A stretch of DNA of 64,000 nt from positions 164,442-228,441 of the forward strand of contig JBBRAQ010000002.1 in the NCBI GenBank assembly GCA_038206635.1, read 5' to 3'. Positions 11,375 through 20,134 of this stretch are shown here, piece after piece. The position numbers and the translations under genes were made by a program. The stretch is from Candidatus Nanopelagicales bacterium (GTDB taxonomy: Bacteria; Actinomycetota; Actinomycetes; S36-B12; CAIYMF01). How positions within the stretch are numbered: position 1 is the first letter of the stretch; every line of letters begins with the position of its first letter. The notes beneath the pieces were generated by a model. It did no database searches. It was not told the origin of the DNA and saw only the letters and a program-made list of their open reading frames with translations.

Positions 11375-13738
11375 TTACCGCGGCAGAGGGATCACGACGC
11401 ATTCGGACGCCGCAGACATGGGCGCGACGTCGAGGACGCCCTCGGCCGCGAGTCGCAGAGCGGCCTCGAGGTCGACCGGGCGGCTGAACAAGTAGCCCTG
11501 AGCCAGGTCGCAGTTCAGGTCGCGCACCGCCTCCGCGCTACGCCAGTCCTCCACCCCCTCGGTGATCACCGTGAGGTTGAGGGCACGGGCCATGGCGACG
11601 ACGCCCTGCACGAGTGCGTGCGAGCGCGGGTCGTGGAGCTCGGCGACGAAGAGCTTGTCGATCTTGAGGATGTCGACGGGCAGTCGGTGGAGGTAGCCCA
11701 CCGAGGAGTAGCCGACCCCGAAGTCGTCGATGGCCAGGCGGACGCCGAAGCTCTTGAACCGGTGCAGCGCGGCGACCGTCGCCGGATCGTCGCCGAGCAG
11801 CGTGCCCTCGGTCAGCTCGAGCACGAGCAGGACGTCGGACTCCTGCTGCTGCAGCTCGTCGACCCGGGCCGCGAGCACGGGGTCGGTGACCTGCATGGCG
11901 GAGAGGTTGACCCCGAGCGAGAGCGGTCGCCCGGCGGCGCGGGACAGCTCGATGCCGCCGGCATGGGCGAGGTCGAGAATCTGCAGCCCGAGGACCCTGA
12001 TGACGCCGATGCGCTCGGCGGCGGCGATGAAGACGTCGGGGGGGACGTGGCCCAGGCGGGCGTGGCTCCACCGGGCGAGGGCCTCGAAGCCGTCGATCCG
12101 CCCGCTGTGGAGGTCCACGACCGGCTGGTACTGGAGCGTGATGGCGTGGTCGCGCACGGCCTCGCGAAGCGCCGCCTCGAGCTCGAGGCGGTCGAGCTCG
12201 GCCTTGCGCATGGCTGGCACGAAGCGCTCGACGCGTCCCTTGCCGAGCGACTTCGCCACGTACATCGCAGTATCGGCACTGTTGATCAGCAGCTCGGCGG
12301 TCGTCGGCTGACTGCCGGAGAACACCATCCCGATGCTGGCCTGGACCCGGGTCTGCTGTCCGTCGGTGTCGAAGGGGACCGAGAGCGCACTGAGCAGCCG
12401 CTGCGCGACGGCGTCGGCCTGGGACTCGTCGGCGAGATGGTCGAGCAGGATCCCGAACTCGTCGCCGCCGAGCCGAGCTGCTGTGTCCCGCTCCCGCAAG
12501 CAGCCGAGGATCCGATCCGCGACGAGCACGAGGAGGTCGTCGCCGGCGTCGTGCCCGAGGAGGTCGTTGACCTCCTTGAACCCATCGAGGTCGCAATAGA
12601 GCACGGCCACCTGCCCCCGCGGCGCCCGACGATGCAGCGCCTCGTTGAGCCGGTCGGTGAATACGGCACGGTTGTGGAGCCCGGTGAGGGCGTCATGTCG
12701 TGCGAGGTAGGTCATCTCGTCGGAGAGGCGGCGACGGTTCAGCGCCGAGACCCCCACCGCTGTCAAGGCTTCGAGAGCAGCCTGGTCACGGGTGTCCAGC
12801 ACGTGGCTCGTGGCGAGCGGCGAGGCGATGAGGTGACGTGTCGATCGTCCCTCGACCTGGATCGACGCACCGATCTCAGGACTGATCGCCGGGGTGTCGC
12901 GGAAGGACGCCCTGGTCTGTCGCAAGGTGCGCTCGGCCTGGACGAGCAGCGACCGCTCGATCTGCTCCTCGTCGGACCAGTCCGGGGCGTGGGTGGCCGT
13001 CTCGAGCAGCCCCATGAGGCGCTCCTGCGCCAGCCGGTTGTCGCTCACGGAGCGGACCCCGACCAGGATCGTGCCGACCGGCACGAGCAGGAGCAGGAGG
13101 GTCCAGCTCGGCTGCGGCTGCAGGAGCACGGCGAGGAGCCCGAGGGTGTCGACGCTGACGAAGCACGCCAGGCCCACCGGCGCCGCGCTCCACTTGAGCA
13201 CGGCGTTGAGCGACACGCCGTCCTCGATCGCGAGGGATCCCGCGGTCACGAGCAGGTCGAACGCGAAGTAGACGGCGCAGCCGAGCATGACCGCCATGAG
13301 CTGGAGCGCGGGCTGGTCCGGGGCCGGGCCGATGCGGTCGACCACGACGATGAGCAGTCCACCCCCGAGGATCGTCAGCCCGACGTTGAAGACCCGCGAC
13401 CGCCACACCTTGCGCTGGGTCCCGTTGGCGAGCGCTGTTCCGATCGACCAGAGGGCGAACGCCTGCAGCGGCGACATGGTGAGCACGAGGTACACCAGGA
13501 CGCACGTCTCGAACCCGATGACGACGTCGCCGGAGCGGTTCGTGAGGACGAGAGGGAAGCGCGCCATGACGACGACGAGCGCGATCGCGACGGTCCCGGT
13601 GAGGGCGAGGTCGTGGTTGTCCCCTCGAAGGATCCACGCCACGACCGCCGGGATCGCGACGGCGAGCCCGGCGAGAAGGATGAGCACGTCGAGGGCGGCC
13701 GCGACCTGCACTCGGCTCCAGCGAGAGAACGCCACCAC
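11375..13738 (-). CDS. Membrane GGDEF-EAL diguanylate cyclase/phosphodiesterase
   Basis: Multi-transmembrane N-terminus; DLDGFKEVND, RERD I-site, GGDEF, FEALARW, DDFGVGYSS; probable GTG start at 13738 inside the longer ORF. Confidence 0.92.
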   Translation of the reverse strand: MVAFSRWSRVQVAAALDVLILLAGLAVAIPAVVAWILRGDNHDLALTGTVAIALVVVMARFPLVLTNRSGDVVIGFETCVLVYLVLTMSPLQAFALWSIGTALANGTQRKVWRSRVFNVGLTILGGGLLIVVVDRIGPAPDQPALQLMAVMLGCAVYFAFDLLVTAGSLAIEDGVSLNAVLKWSAAPVGLACFVSVDTLGLLAVLLQPQPSWTLLLLLVPVGTILVGVRSVSDNRLAQERLMGLLETATHAPDWSDEEQIERSLLVQAERTLRQTRASFRDTPAISPEIGASIQVEGRSTRHLIASPLATSHVLDTRDQAALEALTAVGVSALNRRRLSDEMTYLARHDALTGLHNRAVFTDRLNEALHRRAPRGQVAVLYCDLDGFKEVNDLLGHDAGDDLLVLVADRILGCLRERDTAARLGGDEFGILLDHLADESQADAVAQRLLSALSVPFDTDGQQTRVQASIGMVFSGSQPTTAELLINSADTAMYVAKSLGKGRVERFVPAMRKAELDRLELEAALREAVRDHAITLQYQPVVDLHSGRIDGFEALARWSHARLGHVPPDVFIAAAERIGVIRVLGLQILDLAHAGGIELSRAAGRPLSLGVNLSAMQVTDPVLAARVDELQQQESDVLLVLELTEGTLLGDDPATVAALHRFKSFGVRLAIDDFGVGYSSVGYLHRLPVDILKIDKLFVAELHDPRSHALVQGVVAMARALNLTVITEGVEDWRSAEAVRDLNCDLAQGYLFSRPVDLEAALRLAAEGVLDVAPMSAASECVVIPLPR

Positions 13739-13977
13739 TGCCCCCCTTCGGCTCGACGGATGGACGACCCCACTTCGGATGTCGGCGCATGCGACTGAGG
13801 GCTTGAGGCCGCCGCGCTCACACACGCTCCGGCCGGCTCTCAGGACCCCGACCCACCCCAGAGTCGCATGACGTAGCCACTCGAGCACAGCGAGCAACCA
13901 CCCAGGCCGAAAGCCCCCAGATCCCGATCGTGAGAGCTCGGGAGGAGGTAGTCGCCCGACACGGGACGGGCTACCGG

Positions 13978-14639
13978 TCAGGCGTAGACGAGATCGGGCC
14001 CGCGCCTGCGCGTCGCGCGCCCCACGGCCGCACGACCGGGTGCGGGCGCCCCCGAGGTCGCGCTGGAGGCTGGGAGTCCGTCGAGGGGTGAGGTCCACGA
14101 CCCCGTTCCAGGCCGTAGGTGCGGTGTCGAGCGTGCGGTGCACGAGGCCGGCGTTGGCCATGAGCAGGAGGGCGAGATCCTCCGGGACGAAGTCCGCTCG
14201 CAGCGATCCCGCCGCCTTGGCACGGTCGGCGAGGTGGCCGAGCGCGTCGTAGGCGCGACCGCGCAGCTCCTCGAGCTGGGGGGCGCCGGGACCTCGGTGC
14301 TGAGCAGGTCGGCGAGTCCGCGGTCCGCTGCTCGGTGACGGCAGAGGAACCTGACGTGAGTGATGAACCCGGCCAGGCGTCGGGGTTGACCAGCTCCACG
14401 TCCACCTCGGCGAAGTTCTCCTCGAGCGAGTCGGCGAAGGCCGCGGCGACGAGCGCGCTCCGCATCGGGAAGTGCCGGTACACCGTGGCGTTGCCGACGC
14501 CGGCCTGCCGCGCGATGTCATCGAGAGGCGCATCGAGCCCGCGCCGGCGATAGACCACGCGCGCCGTCGTGATGATCGTGGCCCGGTTGCGCGCGGCGTC
14601 GGCACGCGGCCGCGGGTCGGGCTCCTCGACCGGGCTCAT
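13978..14639 (-). pseudogene. TetR-family regulator with three frameshifts
   Basis: RADAARNR...DDIARQAGVGNATVYRHFP continues in shifted frames as GFITHVRFLC...DRGLADLL, then QLEELRGRAY...GSLRADFVPEDL, then LDGL. Confidence 0.75.
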
Positions 14640-14802
14640 CCCGGGAGCGTAGCCCGGCGCCGGGGGCACGCTGTCGGTGGCGACCGCCCGCGCCGCGGCC
14701 CCCTCGACGCGACGAACCGTGGGCAGCCCCGGTTGGCTATCGACAACGTTGCCGAGGACAAGTCCCCATCCACCTGGACCGGTAGGGCCGGAAGACCGAA
14801 AC

Positions 14803-15258
14803 ATGAGAAGGCCCCCCGTCACTGATCAGGATCGACCTCAGCCTCCGCATCGACGGCTCGGCAATCGCGAGATCACCGAAGCCGAGTGGACCGCGGCCCG
14901 CGCGGGCGTGACGTTCGTGCGCCGCCACCTCGGCACGGAGCCGCTGCCCTCGGACGCCTGGGCGAGCGCCGTCACGGCGACCTGGACCCCCGAGGCCGAC
15001 CGCAGCCCCGCCCAGGTCGCGGCCGTGGCTCTCGCCGCGTCCCTCCCCGACGAGCTCGCCGCGGCCGACGCCGTCCTGCTCGCCGTCGCGCCGCTCACGC
15101 CCGTGAGCCAGCCGGTCTGGCCCGTCGGTCGCGCCCCGATCCGCGAGCCGGCTCGGCACCCTGCATCCACCTCTGCGAGGCCCCCACCCCTCGGGCCACG
15201 CGGTGGTCGGCACCGCCGCGTCCTGGTCGCTCAGTGCGGCGCGGTCCTGGCGATGTAG
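14803..15258 (+). CDS. Hypothetical protein
   Basis: Fills a gap and has a protein-like core (ITEAEWTAARAGVTFVRRHLG); no recognised motif; C-terminus overlaps the convergent gene. Confidence 0.3.
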   Translation: MRRPPVTDQDRPQPPHRRLGNREITEAEWTAARAGVTFVRRHLGTEPLPSDAWASAVTATWTPEADRSPAQVAAVALAASLPDELAAADAVLLAVAPLTPVSQPVWPVGRAPIREPARHPASTSARPPPLGPRGGRHRRVLVAQCGAVLAM

Positions 15259-15950
15259 ACGGTGTTGGTCGCCTCGCGGTCCTGCAGCGGGTTCGGGAAG
15301 CTGACGACCTCCGAGCGCACGTCGACGAACGCCTGGGCGAGCACCGCCTCGTAGTCGCTGTCGGGCGGGTCGTTCGACCAGAGGGTGAAGACCCCGCCGG
15401 GATGCAGCTGCGCAGCCAGGCCCCGGACCCCGTCGGGCTCGTAGAACGGCGCGTTGCCCGGGTTGAGCAGATGACGCGGCGAGTGGTCGATATCCACGAC
15501 GATCGCGTGGAAGCGCTTCCCGGGCTGCACGGGATCGAGGGTCGAGGACGCGGCCATCGCGAAGAAGTCGCCGTGCACCAACCGGCAGCGGGGGTCGGCG
15601 GTGAGGCCGGGCCCGAGCGGGAGCAGCCCGTCGGCGTGCCACTCGATGACGGCCCCGAGCGCGTCGACCACGACCAGCGAGGCCACGCGCGGGTCCTCGA
15701 GCACCGTCCTTGCCGTGTAGCCGAGCCCGAGGCCGCCGACGACTACGTCGAACCCCTCGCCGGTCAGCTCGGCGAGTCCGAGTCGGGCCACCTCGACCTC
15801 GGCGACGGTGAACATGCTCGACATCAGGAAGTCCTCGTCGAGCTTGACCTCATAGACGGTCCCGCCCGACACCGGGTCGAGACGGCGGCGCAGACTGATC
15901 TCGCCCAACGGCGTCTCGCGCCAGTCGAGCTCCTCGAACCGTGCGCTCAT
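15231..15950 (-). CDS. Spermidine-synthase-like SAM-dependent methyltransferase-fold protein
   Basis: VVVGGLGLGYT SAM-binding motif, LVHGDFF, IVVDIDHSP. Confidence 0.8.
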   Translation of the reverse strand: MSARFEELDWRETPLGEISLRRRLDPVSGGTVYEVKLDEDFLMSSMFTVAEVEVARLGLAELTGEGFDVVVGGLGLGYTARTVLEDPRVASLVVVDALGAVIEWHADGLLPLGPGLTADPRCRLVHGDFFAMAASSTLDPVQPGKRFHAIVVDIDHSPRHLLNPGNAPFYEPDGVRGLAAQLHPGGVFTLWSNDPPDSDYEAVLAQAFVDVRSEVVSFPNPLQDREATNTVYIARTAPH

Positions 15951-16159
15951 GTGCAGTCCTCGGTCATGCGCCGAGTCTGTCAGCCCGCCGGAGCAGCCCG
16001 ACCGGCACCGCGACCGACACGGATCGCAGCCTCTGCCGTAACGGCCGGACACCTCACTACCGTCAACCCCAGGTCGGGGAGAACCCGTCACGCCGCCGGG
16101 GCCATCTCGGCACGCCCGCCTGGGGGAACCCCGGGTCGGCGGTCTTCTGGAGGATCTGC

Positions 16160-16753
16160 ATGCGCTCGCTCCGCACTCTCGCCCCGTCGTTCGTCGCGGG
16201 CCTCGTCGGTGCCGTCGTCGGCGTCTCACTGCTCGGTGGGGCGGCCTATGCCGCGACCGGTGGTTCGTTCCTGCTCGGCCGGGCCAACGTCGAGACCACG
16301 ACCGCGACGCTCACCAACACCAGGGGCACGCCGCTCTCGCTCGTCGCCAAGGCCGGCACCCCGGCACTCAAGGTCAGCAACGCGGTCAAGATCCCGAACC
16401 TCAACGCCGACCGGCTCAACGGCCGCCTCGAGGCGCAGTTCTCGCTGGCCGCTGGGCAGTTCGCCTCGCTGAGCAGCAGCACCTCCGCAGCGTTCGACTT
16501 CAACAATGACGGCACCGACGACAGCCAGGTCGCCTTCGCCACCTGCCCGACCGGCACCGTGCTGGTGTCCGGCGGCGCCGACCAGGACCACGCGACCGCC
16601 TCCTACACACCGACCGCGGTCCTCGCCTCGACCGACGCCGGCACCAACCAGTGGGTCGTCGTGACCCAGGGCGCCACGTCGCACCCGATCGCCGACGCGA
16701 TCTGCTACAACCCGCGCGGTGTCGTCCCCGGCGGTCTCGTCACCAGCAAGTAG
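16160..16753 (+). CDS. Secreted or surface hypothetical protein
   Basis: GGAGG ribosome-binding site; signal peptide ending AYA; NLNADRLNG motif; ATCPTGTVLVSGG module. Confidence 0.7.
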   Translation: MRSLRTLAPSFVAGLVGAVVGVSLLGGAAYAATGGSFLLGRANVETTTATLTNTRGTPLSLVAKAGTPALKVSNAVKIPNLNADRLNGRLEAQFSLAAGQFASLSSSTSAAFDFNNDGTDDSQVAFATCPTGTVLVSGGADQDHATASYTPTAVLASTDAGTNQWVVVTQGATSHPIADAICYNPRGVVPGGLVTSK

Positions 16754-16765
16754 TCCGTCCGACCA

Positions 16766-16811
16766 GACAGACCCGTCCGTCCCGACCTTCCTCGGGCCGG
16801 GCGGGTCTGTC
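16766..16811. terminator. Hairpin between convergent genes
   Basis: GACAGACCCG...CGGGTCTGTC outer stem with further internal pairing. Confidence 0.6.
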
Positions 16812-16870
16812 GTCGTTCGCGTCCGCACCGGGGCGAGGCCGACGGGTGCGCGAGCCGCAGGTGTGCACCA

Positions 16871-17755
16871 TCAGTCGCCCGGCCTCGTCCGCGGAAGCCG
16901 TGTGATCAGGCTCGAGGTGTCCCAGCGGCGGCCACCTGACTGCCAGACCTCGGCGTAGAACTGGTCCACGAGCGCGGTGACGGGCAGCGCCGCGCCAGCA
17001 GCCCGCGCCTCCGCGAGCGTGTTGGCGAGGTCCTTGCGCATGTGCTCGACCGCGAACCCGAAGTCGAACTCGTCCGCCGCCATCGATGCGTGACGGTTGG
17101 CCATCTGCCAGGACCCTGCGGCACCCGCGCCGATCGTGTCGAAGACGGCCTCGATGTCCTGGCCGGTGCGTTGCGCGAAGGCCACACCCTCCGCAAGACC
17201 CTGCACGACACCGGCGATGCAGATCTGGTTGACCATCTTCGCCAGCTGCCCCGCACCGACCCCACCGAGCAGTCGGCGCTTGGCGCTGTACGCAGCGATC
17301 ACCGGCTCCGCGCGCTCGAAGTCCTCCTCGGACCCCCCTGCCATCACGGTGAGCGTGCCCTTGACCGCACCGGCCTGCCCGCCGGACACCGGCGCATCGA
17401 GAAACGCAACATCCGTTGCCGCACATGCGGTTCCAGCCTTCCGCGCGGTCTCGGCGGACACGGTCGTGTGGTCGACGACGACGATGCCCGCCGCGGCGCC
17501 GGTCAGCACTCCGTCCGGAGCCGTCAACACCTCGAGGACGGAGGCATCGTCGCCCACGCAGATCAGGACGAGGTCCGAACCGGCAGTGGCCTGCGCCGCC
17601 GTTGCGGCGACGCGACCTGCCGGGTGCTCTGAGAGCCATGCGTCGGCACGCGCCCGCGTCCGGTTCCACACCGTGACGTCGTGCCCGGCACGCACCAGGT
17701 GCCCTGCCATGGGATAGCCCATGACCCCCAGACCCACAAACGCCACTCTGGCCAC
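16871..17755 (-). CDS. 3-hydroxyisobutyrate dehydrogenase-family NAD(P)-dependent oxidoreductase
   Basis: FVGLGVMGYPMA, FLDAPVSGGQAGA, GQLAKMVNQ. Confidence 0.9.
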   Translation of the reverse strand: MARVAFVGLGVMGYPMAGHLVRAGHDVTVWNRTRARADAWLSEHPAGRVAATAAQATAGSDLVLICVGDDASVLEVLTAPDGVLTGAAAGIVVVDHTTVSAETARKAGTACAATDVAFLDAPVSGGQAGAVKGTLTVMAGGSEEDFERAEPVIAAYSAKRRLLGGVGAGQLAKMVNQICIAGVVQGLAEGVAFAQRTGQDIEAVFDTIGAGAAGSWQMANRHASMAADEFDFGFAVEHMRKDLANTLAEARAAGAALPVTALVDQFYAEVWQSGGRRWDTSSLITRLPRTRPGD

Positions 17756-17872
17756 GGTGCCTCCCGATACTGCGCACTGGCTCACGCCTGAGGACACCCC
17801 GTCGTGGGTGTCGGGCCGATCATGGCGTCAGCGGGAGGCGAAGGCGCACCCGACCCCCGGCGCCCGTGATCC

Positions 17873-18913
17873 TCACTCACCCAGGCCTTGGGGCAGGTCG
17901 GCCCCGACGAGGTCGCACAGCCGGTCGAAGGAGAGGCGGCGCTCGACCGGGTCGTGCACCTGCGTCGTGGCCATGAGCTCGTCGGCCTGCGTCGAGTCGA
18001 GGAGGTCGGCGAGGCGGGTCCGCACGGTGTCGGGGCCGCCGATCGCCTGACCGTGCCGCCGCTCCGCGACCGTCGCGAGCTCCGCGTCGGTCCACGGGTG
18101 GGCCGCGGCGTCCTCAGGTGTCGGCACCGGCCCCGACTTGCCTTGCACGAAGCGCAGCCACGAGAGGGCACTGCTGCCGGAGAGCCAGGCGGCACTCTCG
18201 TCGTCCTCGGCCACGAGGACCTGCACGGTCACCATCGCGTAGGGGGCGTCGAGCACCTGTGAGGGTCGGAACGACTGCCGGTAGAGCTCCAGGGCCGGAA
18301 GGGTGTTGCGGCCGCTGAAGTGGTGGGCGAAGGCGAACGGCAGCCCGAGGATCCCGGCCACCTGGGCGCTGTAGCCGCTCGAGCCCAGCAGCCACAACGG
18401 CGGGCCGGCACCGTCACCGGGCACCGCACGGATAGCGGCGGACGGGTGCCCCGCCGGGAAGGAGCCGGTGAACAAGCCCATAAGGTCCTGGAGCTGCTCA
18501 GGGAAGTCGTCGGCCGAGAGCGGGTCGATGCTGCGCCGCAGGGCACGCGCGGTGCCCTGGTCGGTGCCGGGAGCGCGGCCGATCCCGAGGTCGATGCGTC
18601 CCGGGTAGAGCCCACGAAGGGTGCCGAACTGCTCGGCCACCACGAGCGCCGGATGGTTCGGCAGCATGACGCCGCCGGAGCCGACTCGGATGCGCTGGGT
18701 CTCCGCGGCGATGCCGGCGATGAGGACTGCGGGCGCCGAGCTGGCGATCCCCGACATGTTGTGGTGCTCGGCGACCCAGAAGCGGGTGAAGCCGAGCGAC
18801 TCGACGTGCTGCGCCAGGGCCACCGTGGCGCGAAGCGCATCACTCGCCGTCGATCCTGCGACCACCGGCGCGAGGTCCAGCACCGACAGCGGCACCTGCC
18901 GGAGCTCGGTCAC
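17873..18913 (-). CDS. LLM-class (luciferase-like) flavin-dependent oxidoreductase
   Basis: [40 protein letters not shown]. Confidence 0.92.
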   Translation of the reverse strand: MTELRQVPLSVLDLAPVVAGSTASDALRATVALAQHVESLGFTRFWVAEHHNMSGIASSAPAVLIAGIAAETQRIRVGSGGVMLPNHPALVVAEQFGTLRGLYPGRIDLGIGRAPGTDQGTARALRRSIDPLSADDFPEQLQDLMGLFTGSFPAGHPSAAIRAVPGDGAGPPLWLLGSSGYSAQVAGILGLPFAFAHHFSGRNTLPALELYRQSFRPSQVLDAPYAMVTVQVLVAEDDESAAWLSGSSALSWLRFVQGKSGPVPTPEDAAAHPWTDAELATVAERRHGQAIGGPDTVRTRLADLLDSTQADELMATTQVHDPVERRLSFDRLCDLVGADLPQGLGE

Positions 18914-19089
18914 GACGGATCCGGGAGCGGGGCGACCGCACTGCGTTGCACACGACGATCATCCCCCGGGCCGCCCGGCGCGTGCACCTTGCCCCATCGA
19001 CGACCCCGTGGCAGTGGCCACTTGGATGATCACCGACGTCGCGGCTGATCCGCTCGCCGTCAACGTGGACCCGACCGTAGGGTCCTGAC

Positions 19090-20106
19090 GTGGATCCGGT
19101 TCTTGCGCTGCGGCGCGTGGCTTTCCTGCTCGAGCGGGAGAACGACGACACCTACCGGGTGCATGCGTTCCGCAACGCCGCCGCCGCGCTCGAGCGCATC
19201 GGTCCCGACGAGGTCCGGGCACGGGCCGCGGCGGGCACGCTCACCGAGCTCGCCGGCGTAGGCCCCAAGACCGCAGCCGTGGCATCCGAGGCCGCCCAGG
19301 GCGCAACGCCGCACTACGTCGACGAGCTCGAGGCGCGGCCCTCCCCTGCCGCCCTGCTCAACGACGCTGGTCGCGCGTTCCTCGACGCGATCCGCGGCGA
19401 CTGCCACACGCACAGCGACTGGAGCGACGGGGGCAGCCCGCCGCGCGAGATGGCGGAGGCGCGCATCGCCATCGGGCACGACTGGGCCGCGCTCACCGAC
19501 CACAGCCCGCGCCTCACCGTCGCACGCGGCCTCACCCGGCATCGCCTCGAGCACCAGCTCGAGCTCGTCGAGCGGATCAACAGCGACCTTGCGCCGTTCC
19601 GCTATCTCACCGGCATCGAGGTCGACATCCTCGAGGACGGCCGGCTCGACCAGGACGACGACCTGCTCGAACGCCTCGACGTGGTCGTGGCAAGCGTGCA
19701 CTCGAAGCTGCGATCGCCGTCGGACGCCATGACGAGTCGCATGGTCACCGCCGTCGCCAACCCGCACGTCGACGTCCTCGGCCACTGCACAGGGCGGTTG
19801 GTGGCCGGCGGCAAGGTCCGTCCCGAGTCGGAGTTCGAGGTGGACCTCATCATCGAGGCGTGCCGTCAGTTCGACGTCGCGCTGGAGATCAACGCGCGGC
19901 CCGAACGGCTCGACCCGCCGCGACGCATCCTCCGGGCCGCTGTCGAGGCCAGTCTCCTGCTCGCCATCGACACCGATGCGCACGCCCCCGGCCAGCTCGA
20001 CTGGCAGGCCAACGGCGTCGCACGGGCGGTCGAGTGCGGCGTCGACCCTGCACGTGTGATCACCACGTGGGACGTCGATACGCTGATCGCATGGACCCGG
20101 GGCTGA
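19090..20106 (+). CDS. PHP-domain protein with PolX-like N-terminal helix-hairpin-helix
   Basis: YRVHAFRNAA...GVGPKTA followed by PHP motifs DCHTHSDWSDG, TDHS, GIEVDI, DTDAH; no polymerase core. Confidence 0.85.
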   Translation: MDPVLALRRVAFLLERENDDTYRVHAFRNAAAALERIGPDEVRARAAAGTLTELAGVGPKTAAVASEAAQGATPHYVDELEARPSPAALLNDAGRAFLDAIRGDCHTHSDWSDGGSPPREMAEARIAIGHDWAALTDHSPRLTVARGLTRHRLEHQLELVERINSDLAPFRYLTGIEVDILEDGRLDQDDDLLERLDVVVASVHSKLRSPSDAMTSRMVTAVANPHVDVLGHCTGRLVAGGKVRPESEFEVDLIIEACRQFDVALEINARPERLDPPRRILRAAVEASLLLAIDTDAHAPGQLDWQANGVARAVECGVDPARVITTWDVDTLIAWTRG

Positions 20107-20134
20107 AAGACCGTGCTGGGAAAGGGTTCCTGGG

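Noticed and set aside
11375-14605. 1076-aa apparent TetR-GGDEF-EAL fusion
   Set aside because: It passes through only one frameshifted TetR segment and a low-complexity linker; a separate ribosome-binding site and GTG start exist at 13738.
16060-16160. GAACCCGTCA and GGGGAACC motifs resembling a c-di-AMP (ydaO) riboswitch
   Set aside because: The motifs are in the wrong order and the other conserved elements are missing.
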